A DNA stretch of 64,000 nt, taken from positions 4,626,747-4,690,746 of the forward strand of contig SMSO01000037.1 of the NCBI GenBank assembly GCA_004764695.1. The letters run 5' to 3'. Source of the DNA: Schizochytrium sp. TIO01. Its lineage: Eukaryota > Protista > Bigyra: Labyrinthulomycetes. The notes beneath the pieces are model-generated. The model was not told where the DNA came from. It searched no databases and saw only the letters and a list, made by a program, of their open reading frames with translations. The translations under genes and the position numbers were made by a program. Below are positions 12,574 through 24,514 of this stretch, piece by piece (position 1 is the first letter of the stretch; every line of letters begins with the position of its first letter).

Positions 12574-14315
12574 CCTGCAAAAAGCGCACCAACCAAGTAT
12601 GGCAGATTTTCCTTCTCTAATCAGTTTCTATCGCGCACCACACGAGTTTCTTGAGGTAAGGAGCTTCCAAGGATGTTTCAGCTGTATAGCAGCCGAGCTG
12701 AGAAGCCAACGAGCTGTTGCTGCTTTGCTAGTCGTAGCCGAAGAGACCACGACAACTGTTGTGGTTTGACAAGCTTTTTACTCTGCGATCTGCAAGCTAT
12801 TATTTTTGAAGTGGTTTTTTGTTTTTAATTAAATTGTGATTTTGAAAAAATGGTGTTTTTCTAAAATATGTCTTTCTGACACGTAGCCTAAAACCTTCAA
12901 GAATGATACTTTGAACGGAGTTAGATTTGACTCATAGATTTGCTGTTGATCTTGTAAATTTAACATTTTATTGAACTAGTTCGTGATACAGACCTTTTTA
13001 GGTTTGCGAATACTCAATTTGCAAGCATACTAATTCACCTTGCTACTTTTTACTGTGACCGCTATCTACAACCCAGCAACACCCCGAAATCTCCCATTTA
13101 ACCTTTAGCATATCAAAATGCTACATTTTCCAGTCTTCACGAAAGCACCAGAAATGTTCCCATCGAATGCATTGTTGCGCCAGTGACATTATCTTTGATA
13201 GCATTACGCAGTGAAAAAACATTGAAGCCAACTTTATCTACCCATGCATCCAGTACTTCAAAATTTTGCTGAGGGCGTTTGTATATTGGAGTTGCATCGA
13301 TTTTGTGATTGCTCCCTGGTTTTTCCTGTATCCTAAGTGGAATTTGTACTGAATCAATGAGCTATGTGGGATTAGTTGATATGCTTGTGCTTTTCTTGAA
13401 CACGTCGGAAGTATCCTGAATCAGAAGCTTGCAGGTAACCTTTTTTACTCATATTGGTAGATAAATGGAGCTAACTTCAATCACATGCATCGATTTACTA
13501 AGAGTTTGCTGAAAGGTGATACTGATTAGCTTGAGGTTGACTGTGAAGATGTGGGCTTTAAGAAGATGATTTACGAGTCAGCGAACTGCTGTCCTGGAGA
13601 ATGAATTCCAGGACAGATGGATTCATGTAATAATTAGGGAGATTAAGACATTCTTGAAAGTAGTTAGAGATAATCGATGGGGTTAGGATAATTCAACTTC
13701 TCCAACCATCGATTCAAGTTACATCATGTTTGGATGTAGGTAATGTGTATTCACACTTCAAGTTCTTGGCTCTGGCAGCCGCATGAGTCTTGCTGCCTAT
13801 TCTTGCTCTATTGTAAAACTTATGTCTAATGGAGTTTACAAAGGGACACCAAGAACTCTAGCAATGTCTTGTCCACTAGTTCCTTCGATTGGAGATCCCA
13901 GCAGAGTTACATCTAGTTTCCAAGGTTTGCGAACGTGAAACACGCGCGTTCATAAATGAAAACGTTGAACCACATTCCTAATACTAATATTCTTTCGAAC
14001 GTAGCTTTTGCCTGAGAATACCAGCATCGAGTTTTAAAGCCATCTTTGGTCAACATAAAACCCTAGGTTCGGAGTGGCGTTTCTTTCGAAGTACAATCTT
14101 TTGATCACAAGATCTAGCTCGCACAGAAAACTAATACTGGCTGTAAGAAGACATCGGTGCTGTTAACGCTTTTGAACAAGTACAACGGGACAAAGAAAAT
14201 ACTTTGCTAAATCTTCTTCACGCGCGTAGACTTACATTATCTTAAAGAATCAAAATGAGAGACATAAGAACAGTAGCTATGTTGAGCTTAACAAACAAGC
14301 AGATCGAGGAGTTTC

Positions 14316-14517
14316 TTCGTAGAAAAGGCTGAGACTATCCGCAAGGCATCAAAAATCACAACTATTGGCGGTGGTGTCGTTGGTGTTGAGCTCTCTGGTG
14401 AGATTAAGAGTCAGCACTAAGACAAGGAGGTTACGATCATTCACGCCGGGAAAACCCTCGTCAGCAGTTCCTATCCTCCACTCTCCAAAAAGTTCCATGA
14501 GTCTTTACAAGCTGATT
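14316..14517 (+). pseudogene. Fragment of an AIFM2/FSP1(AMID)-like FAD/NADH oxidoreductase
   Basis: Translates FVEKAETIRKASKITTIGGGVVGVELSGEIKSQH*DKEVTIIHAGKTLVSSSYPPLSKKFHESL. This is the NADH-binding GGGxxGxE-x-x-GEI...DKxVTxxH signature, with an in-frame TAA at 14418 and no start or remainder of the gene. Confidence 0.8.
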
Positions 14518-17500
14518 CAAGTAATACATGATGTGCATGCTTTATGATTGAAATAAAACAGCATTTTCGCAACTACTTATGAATTGTGCCCTCAATGCAA
14601 TTCGCATACCTACGTGCTTGATACCAGCGCAGACTCTTTCAACGGTTTGCAATATTGAAACAATGGGCGAGCAAGATTTAACCCTCGTTATTTACACACG
14701 AACGTTAAACCTTAGTGAAATATAGATTTATCATGATTCTTAACCATAAACTCAGGTTTACGGTGACTGTGTATAAATTCCATCTTATTTATCTAAGCAC
14801 TAGTATTCAGTTATCAGCAGGCTAAATATATATGTCAGCTAAATGTCTTTTTAAATTCTATTGGGCTTAGGCAGATGTCTCAAGGACTCAAATATATTTG
14901 TTGAAGACAATTTATCGAATTATAGTGAAGAGTTATTCTCTGACTCAATCTGTCACATTTTTTATTACAAGCTCAACCAAACTTCTGAGTAATGTAGGTC
15001 TTCTAAGTCTTTTATCGATTGCTAGACTAAACCTATTTTCCTTCAAAGAGAGACAATTCTCTGCTCCAGAGAATTGTCAGCACGTGTTTCAGATAGTTTA
15101 CTCATTAGAGAGCAAACTCATTAGACTCGAATTTCTTCAAACAAGAAACAATTAATTCTGTATTCCTAAGATTTTCTATGAACTTTTGACAGACGCATGC
15201 AAGTTGTGCTATGCATGTTTTAAGAACTGCCCCCGCTCTGCTCCGCGCTTTCACAGGTCCCGCAATATCTTCGATGAGTTGCTAAATTAAGTTTGAGTCT
15301 TCCTGACATCTTTCATTCGTTCAGGATTACTGCAAGTTGATACTTCCTCATTGAATAAAGATGGAACTACACAGAAACTCTATACTCAGTACAGTGACAA
15401 ATATTAACCAAGGAGTTTTAGCTTTAGCAATTCAATAACTTCGGTGAAGAATTTTGAGCATTGTGATCAATACATTTGATACACTTATGTACGATGAATC
15501 ATGGGATTTACTCATGGCTCATCAACATCATCCGAGGTTAGGTTCTCTACCGGGTAACATCTGATCGTTCAACTTTGCATGTCTGCAATCATGAGAGCTC
15601 TTGAAGATTGATTTATGCATTTGACTTGATAGGTTTGACTTGAAATTGCCCACCACCAGCTCATTTCACATAGGTCGAAAGTCTTACAATGGATCTCCCG
15701 TGACTTTAATAGTGTTGAGCTGCTGACCCAACTGTTTGACTACTGTTATGTAGCATCTTTAACGATATGTCCTACATTGACCATTTTGATTCTTCACGAA
15801 ACCTTAAAGACATCCGATTTGAAATATGAGTAATTGTGATCGATTTTCACGTCTCCATCATCTTGATCGTGCTTTATATCATCTCAATAATACCTTCGCC
15901 GTTTAGTCCAATTGGTTTATAATCGATGTGCGAGGTCATGTCAACATCGAAGTTCTATATTTCAGCAGCGTCATTACTCCCTTTCGTTGAGAGTTCCTAC
16001 GGTTAGAAATTTTGGTTTGCCCCAGATAATTGTGTACGGTTGTATCATTATAATCTATGTTGCTGTGGTCTTTTCCCACTTTTGTAATAGCTTACATGCT
16101 TTGGTGACCACCAATCTTGGAATTTCGCTATGGCAAGTTGCATCCGAACTTTCACGAATAACTTCATTGCGGGACCTTTCGGAATGGCAACGATGCAGTA
16201 TATACACTAACATTATTACGATCATAAGCAGCCCTTTCCAAAGGCTTACGATTCGAAGACAGGACTTGCTACCCAGTAATGTTATGAGCTTTGAGTATCA
16301 GCAGTTGGAGGATCATTTGCTATATGTGGTCAACTTCTGTGGTACTAGGTGGTTCATTTGGCGTTTCCCAGAACTCCTCTCTCTAAGTCAATTTGCTGCA
16401 TCTTCCCGATTGACATCAAGTATATAAAAGTGACTGTTGTCTAGTACTTTGTTAACATACTGCTCAATAGGTGACTTTTGGTTCCTTCTCAAAGCAATGT
16501 GAATTATTGCATACGTTGACTATGCTCATGGAAATCACCAGTATATCAGGCTTACACCCCAGATCTTGAAATTCGAGTCAAAACAATCCATAAGTACCCA
16601 ATGAGTCTTTCTGTTAGATTTCATCTGTGAGTGTGCCACAGACACTTCGTGCTTTAGTATCCGTTCACGAATCAGAGAAGCAAAGTTTCCTATCCTAAAA
16701 CAGGAATTTTCATCCGTACGAGCGATTGCCACTATGTAAGTCGTTGCACAACCATACAGTTTGAAAGTAGACACTGTTTTCGATGTTTGATTCATAGAAC
16801 ATATAAAGCACACAGGAAAACAAGCTATCGCAGACTTATACAATCCCGATTGACCAGGATTTGAGAAAAGCTCCAATGTATTCATTCAAATAGCCTCTTT
16901 TGATATCTCGTTCACAAAACCGGGACTGGATTTAAACGCATCTGTGTCCTTGACACACTTCTATAACCAGAATGAGTACTATATTTCCAATGAGTACTCG
17001 GTTTTGTAAGGCGCTAAACTTTAAACTGGTACCTGTAGCCAAAAGAGGTTTACAAACCGGAAATTACAGGATCTCACTCATTGTGAAACGCCATCAAATT
17101 CGGGCCTCATACTGGAATAAGCATTGGTACGTTTGAGGCGTGTTCTAACATGAAAAGTCTCCAGGTGACTATAAGTTGGAATATAATGCAGTGAATGTAC
17201 ATTATTCATAGTTGGGTTGCTGACAAGAAGTTGCGTTTGAGGTTGGGTGCACAATGAGCTGTAATAGAAATAGCAATAATCCAATTGAATAATGCTCTTT
17301 CTAATACGCCTCTAATTCATTTTCCTACAAAATATACTATCAATATCTGTCTAGCACTCGGGGTCCCAGTCTTCACTACGTCGTATTTAAGGGTAAGAAA
17401 GCATTGGGTGTTGATAATCCATACTGCATCCTGAGGCAACAATAAAGCCATCTGTATCCTAAACAGTTTTGATTTTTTATTTCAAATCTGCCCTAGTGTT

Positions 17501-17906
17501 GTTGACAATCATATATACATTTGCCTTCTTTGAAGGCTGCGACGGTTAGATCCGGTTCTGTTTTGGGGAATCTAAAGGAACGCTGACTCCTGTCTTATTA
17601 TATGGTATGTGATGTTTCTTAGTCTGATTCACGGGTGCGTTTGAAATTCCTAGACTATACAGTGTGTGTTTATGTCTAGTTCCATTCCAGATAAGCATAC
17701 CATCGATCGAGATTGCTGTTTAATTCAGTATCTGTTTTCATTCTACCTTGAAATCATTTGCGAGAAATTCAGATAGTGGAAAGTAGGTATTTCTTTTAAA
17801 AAATGTGCCTAGGCCATTGCTCGACTTCTGAAATTCTACTCAGCAAACTAAACTTGAACTTCAAACATTTTCTACAGCTAGCACAAGCATAATTGCAAAT
17901 ACTTTC

Positions 17907-18138
17907 TATTGCAGAGTAGCTTGTGCTGTGAAGCGTGCAGGGGTAGTCTGACAAGGATGCCGAACTCAGGAGAAAGAGAAAGAGGATGATATATGAGTTA
18001 TTGGGGTTTTGGGTATGGATACAGGCAGGGATGAATGTATGATGTCAGTCCAATACACAGGATGTGTCGGACATGAGAGCTTAGTTAGGTTAGGTTAGGT
18101 GAGGTGAGGTTAGGCAGTAGCTGTATATTACTTCAATA
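17907..18138 (-). mobile_element. Solo-LTR-like insertion, copy A
   Basis: Reverse-complement homolog of 27136-27356 over its whole length. Termini on the minus strand are TATTGA...GCAATA. Flanked by the direct repeat CTTTC (17902-17906 and 18139-18143). Internal TTAGG/TGAGG run. Confidence 0.85.
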
Positions 18139-18556
18139 CTTTCTGTATTAAATATTGGCATTAGAGATCATGACGCTTTGATCTGATCATTTACATTCGA
18201 TATTGTGCTGCATAAATTCCATCAAAATATGATTGTATGATTACATTCTGTGTTTTAAAGCAAGCCTCGACGATTTCTTTGACCATAAGAACGTGTTAAA
18301 CTTCCCCTTTGTCTTCAGTGCTTAAAACTCGCTTATTTCGCAAATTTAGAAGGTAGGTTGGCCGATTTGCTTATCAGCTAGGTCTCTTAAACGATCCTAA
18401 GGTTCCCCACAGGCGTAGGGACCTATTAGCAAGGGCTAGTAGGCACTACAATTGTTGTTAGTCCTACTGATATAGGAATCAAGAGATGTTTTAGGATCAG
18501 CAAATCGTCATCGTCACGTGGGGGCTTGGTGTGTCTCCTCGTCTCCCTCTTCCACC

Positions 18557-19954
18557 ATGTCCCTCACCTCACTGCCTCCGTATCTCCTTCGTCTCTTGAT
18601 CCCTGTGCTTCTATTGGTGCTGCACGCTTCGCCCCCGGTCTCTGCAGTTTCCGTGTCGTCTCCCGATGCTCTTCAAGCAGAGGCCATGGTGTTTTTCCAC
18701 CGTCATGGCGACAGGTCCCCGTACCAGTTCATGCCCAGCGACGTCAGCAACAATGCCCTCTGGAAAGACGGGCCCGGTATGCTGACCACCACCGGCATGC
18801 GGCAGCTCGAGAACCTCGGAACAGCTTTCCGCAGCAGGTACCTTCTTGGGCGTCCTTTTGCGCTCCTTGGTCCTTCTGCGGAATATCACCACGCGAAGTT
18901 CACGGTGAGGTCCACGGACTTCGATCGTACTTTGCAGTCCGCAGAAAGCTTCTTGAACGGGTTCTTCCCACCGGGATCTGGTCCTGCCGGAGGTCTTTCT
19001 GACTCTGCCCAACCGGTGCCGATGAGAACGATGCCAGGAGAATTGGACAGCGTGTTGGCCGGGTACAGCGGCGGCACTTGTGCTCGTGTTCGCGAGCTGA
19101 AGAAAGCAGCAATGCACTCGAAGGAGTGGTTTGAGCGGGAGAAGCAGCACGAGGAGCTGCTTGAGAAGGCGGCCAAAATTTCGGGATATGGAAAACTGAC
19201 GCTAGCGAATGTTAGTGCAGTTTCAGATGCGCTGCTGTGCGAGAAGGAAAACAACATGACGTGGTTGGAAGGGTTCGAGGAGGAGCCGGAGATGTTTGAG
19301 GAATTGTATAAACTTGCAATGACGACGCTGAGACCTGCATTTGCAAGTACGCCGGAACTTAGCAGGCTGGGAGGAGGTAATATGCTGGCGACGGTCGTAG
19401 CGAGATTCCAAAGGGCCGCAGGCGTGCCGGTCACAGTGCCGGAGAGACCCACGCCACAGACACCAGTACTACAAGACGGGGCGGGAAGCTCTGATGTACG
19501 CATCTCTCAGTTTTCGGCCCACGATTCGACCCTCATTGCGCTTTTGGGAGCACTTAACGCCTTTGATGACGACAACCCTCCGTATGGCTCCTCGGTAGTC
19601 TTTGAGCTCCTGTACGACCCCGCAGACAGCACTCAAAAGTATGTGCGTGTATACTACAACAAGGGTTGTGATGTTGATAGTCTTTTTGGAACTCCACTCA
19701 AGGTTATCTGCGGTGATGAGATTTGCACCTTGGACGAGTTTGTCAAGGCTCTTGACCCAATGATCCCGAAACAGTACGAAAATGAGTGCCATACCCGCGA
19801 CACTGTTGCATATCTCCGCGAGAACATTTACAAGAACAGCAGTGTTACTCTTTGGACCATTGTCCTTCTGATTTGTATGGCAACAGTATTCTTCGTTTGC
19901 CGTCTGCGCAGAACTCGCACCGAACCAAAAGAGACTTACCAACCTGTAGTTTAA
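18557..19954 (+). CDS. Histidine acid phosphatase (clade 2), lysosomal/prostatic type, type I membrane protein
   Basis: Signal peptide from ATG 18557, RHGDRSP catalytic motif, RSTDFDRTLQSA, SAHDSTL (HD), C-terminal TM and a YQPV (YxxPhi) sorting signal. Confidence 0.95.
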   Translation: MSLTSLPPYLLRLLIPVLLLVLHASPPVSAVSVSSPDALQAEAMVFFHRHGDRSPYQFMPSDVSNNALWKDGPGMLTTTGMRQLENLGTAFRSRYLLGRPFALLGPSAEYHHAKFTVRSTDFDRTLQSAESFLNGFFPPGSGPAGGLSDSAQPVPMRTMPGELDSVLAGYSGGTCARVRELKKAAMHSKEWFEREKQHEELLEKAAKISGYGKLTLANVSAVSDALLCEKENNMTWLEGFEEEPEMFEELYKLAMTTLRPAFASTPELSRLGGGNMLATVVARFQRAAGVPVTVPERPTPQTPVLQDGAGSSDVRISQFSAHDSTLIALLGALNAFDDDNPPYGSSVVFELLYDPADSTQKYVRVYYNKGCDVDSLFGTPLKVICGDEICTLDEFVKALDPMIPKQYENECHTRDTVAYLRENIYKNSSVTLWTIVLLICMATVFFVCRLRRTRTEPKETYQPVV

Positions 19955-21019
19955 TTAAGGAATGGGTCTCACTTAATCACCGACAAGGTTGACACACCAG
20001 TTTAAGTTGAAAAGCTTCGCACGCACCTCGTTAGCTGCTACAAAGAAGCTAGTCAAAGCTGCTACAACGAAGATAGCTAAAGAAGGATCCCTCGTGTTAT
20101 CGAAATACTTTAGCGTACACCGAGGGCCGGGGAAACCATGCTTGATTATATGATCTAGCTTACTTTTTCCAGATCACCAGAAGAATCTCGTTTCTACATA
20201 TCCTTCTCTTTCCATACAATATATATACATTACTTGAGGCCCGCTTATATTACGTGGGGACTTTAATCACAGTAAATGGACTTTGACTTTTTTAAACATT
20301 TACATTTGTTTGTTTTCCTGATTTTCCATACTTGCAAAGTGCAGTGCCAGTGAGGACAGTGACTTCTACTGGTCTTCATTACCACTGTTCCTATTCCTGT
20401 TGCTTCTTCAAGATTGATGTTAGATAGTGTAATGTGGGTAACAAGCTCTTCAGCGAATACGTTGAGGTTGGTGTATTTGCAAATCTTATGGTGCGAATCA
20501 ATACGTGGATAGTTTCTTTGGAAATAGTTATGATTTAGATAATGGAAGGCTTTGTCGATCAAAGTTATTTCACAAATAATCAGGTTGTGTCGATCTTTAT
20601 GGCAAACAAGCTAGAAGAAAAAAACTCTCAGGGGATGACAGTTGAAATCCACAAGTTTGTTTTGCTCTTACTTGCTTGCATACGTGCGTGCACGAGCGCG
20701 CCTCCTCACTACTCAGCCGTGCACCAAGGGGCACGCGTATAGTCACGTGGAAAGTTAGTTCTATGCGCAGGCAAGTTAGTCAGCCAATTAGGCGGTCAGT
20801 CAGAATATCCTGACACTCAGGTTGGAGTTTGTTCTTTGTTCTCCAATATATAGTACGTAGTAGATGCGTATTTGGGATTGAACCCTTACATTGTAGTCGC
20901 CTTGTCAGGAAATCTACACAATATGTTGGGCAATTCACCTCTAAAAAGATCCTCTGATGAATCGGAACTTAAACCATCAAGGATTCATTTTCGCAACTAA
21001 ATATGATGGGGCTCCTCCT

Positions 21020-22006
21020 TTAGCCGAGCCACTGATCATAACTTGTATGGTCTTCGATATCTCCATCGGTGTAAGCAAAGTTGGGGTCGGTTGGTGCGTC
21101 GCGACTCTCCGGGTATGTGCAGTTGTAGCAGTGCATCTCTCCATAATGCACAAATCCAAATGTATTGGTGGGCACGGCGGGGATTGGGTCACTCTTGTAA
21201 ACTAAACGCAGCTGATAGAATTGATTGTGCACATCGTTGCTGTACTTTTTAAGGAGCACCCTTGGGGATCCAAAGGTGACGAGGCCAATGCGATCAGTGT
21301 CCCAGAGTCCTTCCGTATAGACAGAGAACGCCATAAGGTTTGCAAGTGCACCTCCGCGGGAGTAGCCCACGATCATAAGAGTGTCGTTTTCCATGTCGCA
21401 GGTGGCGTTGACAGTCTTCCACACATCTTCGCGGAGCCCATTCCACGCCTCAACGAAGCCGGTGTACCCGATACCAATGGTCTTATAGCCATCCTCACAC
21501 TCGTTGTAGCTGAGACAGGTGCCCCAAAGGGACCAAGCACAGCCGCAGTCACCTGCCTGGAGGTCATACTCTTCGATGGATTTGATGCTGGAGAAGCCAA
21601 AATCAAAGTTCTCAGCCCAGTCATCAGCCTCGTTCGTCTGCTCCGAGAGAACCCAGCATGCGTATTCACCACTGTCATTCAGAGGATCTTCAGAGCGCGA
21701 GACTTGCACACGATCTGTTTTGTATGCTACGGTACCAGCTCCATCAGCGTAGGTGGCATTTTCCACTCGGGCCCAAGCATCCCGAGCCACCTCAAATTGC
21801 GACTCGGTCATCGAGAGGAATCTTCTGGTAAGCACCGGGGTTCTCCATGCGGCTGCGAGTGAGGCCTCGTTGGCCATCGCCATATCGAAGAAGTTATCCT
21901 CATACTTTGCATGGACGCCAGCTCGAAGACCGCCTGCGTCTGCGCTGCCTACAAGCACCACCAGCAGCGCTGCAATAAGCGCCGCCGTTGTCTCCACTCT
22001 GGCCAT
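21020..22006 (-). CDS. Secreted class-3 (fungal-type) lipase-like alpha/beta hydrolase
   Basis: Signal peptide after ATG 22006 (MARVETTAALIAALLVVLVGSADA), GFVEAW, GYSRGGALA nucleophile elbow, VTFGSPRV, SDPIP (Asp), FVHYG, DHTSY (His). The upstream in-frame extension to 22345 is probably UTR. Confidence 0.88.
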   Translation of the reverse strand: MARVETTAALIAALLVVLVGSADAGGLRAGVHAKYEDNFFDMAMANEASLAAAWRTPVLTRRFLSMTESQFEVARDAWARVENATYADGAGTVAYKTDRVQVSRSEDPLNDSGEYACWVLSEQTNEADDWAENFDFGFSSIKSIEEYDLQAGDCGCAWSLWGTCLSYNECEDGYKTIGIGYTGFVEAWNGLREDVWKTVNATCDMENDTLMIVGYSRGGALANLMAFSVYTEGLWDTDRIGLVTFGSPRVLLKKYSNDVHNQFYQLRLVYKSDPIPAVPTNTFGFVHYGEMHCYNCTYPESRDAPTDPNFAYTDGDIEDHTSYDQWLG

Positions 22007-22841
22007 GATATGCGTGTTCGCCCGAGGCCGTTTCCGCGCTCCGTTCACCGTCTGGAAGCGTTTTCCTGGGTTCGTCACTCGCGTCTGCATCATCCAAGCC
22101 CTCTTCAAGAGCTTTGCTTTGATCCACAGCGAACTAATGAACGATCGACTCGCAGTGAGAGAGAGGTTCACGAGCTCAGTCTCCGGTGACCACTTCGTCT
22201 TCTTCTTCGTTTCTCCAGGCCCTGTCAGCTGCCGTCGAGATAATCTAGCTTGTCTGCCGCTCGCCAATACGCCGTCGACCGCTTCTTCTCCAATTCGTCT
22301 CTGCTGCTGCCTCTCGCCGGCGTTTCCTGCCTTCTGCAACAGCACCTGTGAGACTCCTGTGACTCTTTGCCTCAGGATTTCTTTCTTCTTCTTCTGTTTC
22401 TGTTTCTGTTTCTTTCTTTCTTCCTTTTTTTATTTTTATTTATTTATATTTATTTTTATTTATTTTTAATTTTTATTAAAAACTTTTTTTCGATCTTGCA
22501 ATCTCAATCTTCTTCTTCAGGTCTGCCACCCAGCTCGATATCCTCCAGTTCTCGTGCTCCCTGTCTCCCCCCGCGCCGACCAGTGCTGGCGGCCGGTCTC
22601 GCAGCTCGGCCCTGATCTCTCTCTTCCGTCTTCTTCTCTGCGGCGCCGGCGTCGATCGATCGATCGATCGTTCGATCAGTCGATCTCCTCTCAGGTCTTC
22701 GGGTTCTGGCAAAGGCCGTTTGCGGACTAACCTGGGCTTCTTCTCTCTCCTCCTCCTCCAGCGGAGGTTTCCTTCCTCCTTCCTCGTCTCCTCCTCAGTC
22801 AGTTTCTGCCGTTGCTCATTCTTCAGCTCTTCAGCTCTTCA

Positions 22842-22902
22842 GTTCGTTCGTTGATTCGTTCGTTGATTCGTTCGTTCGTTCGTTCGTTCGTTCGTTCGTT
22901 CG
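22842..22902. repeat. (TTCG)n microsatellite, imperfect
   Basis: Run of TTCG units read directly. Confidence 0.9.
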
Positions 22903-24460
22903 ATGGTTCTTCGAGTTCTGTTCAATGTAATACTATCATGACTGACATATCTATCGATCGATGGATCGAGGGCCCAAATTAATGTAAGAACCGCCGCCAC
23001 GACTCCGCCGGGAGCCTCCAAGCCTCGCATCGTTGACGCCGCCCATCGCAGTTCTCTCTCCCTGCGCCAAGCCTCTCTGCACATCCATCCATCGATCCAT
23101 CGATTGATTGACTGACTGACTGATCGATTGATCGATTGATTGATTCATGTTTTCATGTATTCATGTATTCATGTATTGATTCATGCATGGACATGGATGG
23201 ATGGGCCAAAAACCCGTCAACCCAAGTCCTTCGCGTTCTCTGAGCACTCCACCTTCGAGGCTTGCCTGCCTGCCTGCAGATCTTCCTTCTCGTCCGCCTG
23301 CCTGGACTTGTCGAGGTCCTCCTCCTCCTCCTCGTCGTCGTCATCGAGGTCCTGGGCGGCGAGGATCTCGACCGCCAAAGCTCTGGCGTTTCTCGAGCGC
23401 CCCGAAGCAGCGGCAGCAGAGGTCGAAGAGGAGCTGGCGGCGGGGGAGCAGGCGACTAGCTAGCTAGCCATCCAGCCGTCCAGCCGTCCAGCTAGCACGG
23501 CCGGCGGGCAGCGAGACGTCCTCCGGGTCGGCGGAGACGGCGACGAGAGAGTCAGAGAGCCGAGTTCAGGAACCTGCTCATCTTGCAGGAGGAAACGAAC
23601 CGCCGCCGCTTGCTTACGAAGTACGCTTGCTTGCTTGCTTCCAGCGACACCCACTGCCCGAGGGAGCCTTCTTCGAGGCTCCGCTCCTCGCCGGTTGTTT
23701 GTCTGCTTGCTTGCTTGCTCGCTTGCTTGCTCGCGATGGATCGATGGGTCGACCTTGAGCTTTGACAGAGCATCTGCGAAAGTTTTAAAGTTGATCGTTT
23801 GTGATAGTTTATTGTTTATAAAGGGAAACTAAACATGTTTTCAATTTTTTTAGAGAATCTACTTAGTCGATGGAAATAGTATCGATTTGGTTGTTTGTTT
23901 ATTATGATGTCATCGTAATAATTCATTTTGAGCTGTACAGAAAAAGGGAATGGAAATGTAAATTGCAAAATAAAATGTAAAATGGCGGCAGAACTCCGAA
24001 TTCGAGCACTGGTGGAGACCAAGTTGTGGTCCCGAACGTCGCTCGCAAAGCCGTTGCTGCTGTTGGCGACGCCGCTGCTCGGCAGGGGGCGTGTGGCAGG
24101 CAGGCAGGCAGGCAGGCAGGCAGATGAGAGCGGCAGAGTATTCATGTTTGTGATTTTCGAGAGAGTCTACGATGCATGGGTGCAATGCAATGCAATGCAA
24201 TGCAAGCAATGTGGGTGATGAACGCAGTGCATGCAGTGCCTATGCATGAGTGAGTGGTGATCCTATGCAGCGGGCATCTACGTGCTTACTACCTGCGTGT
24301 CCACGGAGGCCGACGTGGCGTCCATCGTCGGAGCTTCCTCTGCGCCAAAATCAGCGTGTCGTTTCTTATGCGGCGTAGACAGACGCCCCAACAATCAGAA
24401 GGAGATCAGCAAATGCATGAATGCAACGAAGCATGCATGCATGCATACATGCATACATAG

Positions 24461-24514
24461 ATACATACATACATACATACATACATACATACATACATAC
24501 ATACATACATACAT
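24461..24514. repeat. (ATAC)n microsatellite
   Basis: About 13 ATAC units. Confidence 0.95.

Larger units (their letters stand above)
13050..18290 (-). pseudogene. Long decayed AT-rich coding-like region of unknown (possibly viral or TE) origin
   Basis: Manual minus-strand translation gives protein-like text over kilobases with scattered stops and a few frameshifts. ORFs 17078-17284 and 16535-16885 share one frame. Composition differs from the GC-rich host genes. No family recognised; boundaries approximate. Confidence 0.4.

Noticed and set aside
17430-17470. DTDG in the fossil frame as a family-B DNA polymerase motif C
   Set aside because: Lacks the preceding YG/YS, and no motif A or B could be found at suitable spacing.
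21221-22469. Long plus-strand ORFs (213 and 238 aa) overlapping the lipase, and similar antisense ORFs over other genes
   Set aside because: Antisense shadows of GC-rich, codon-biased real CDSs.
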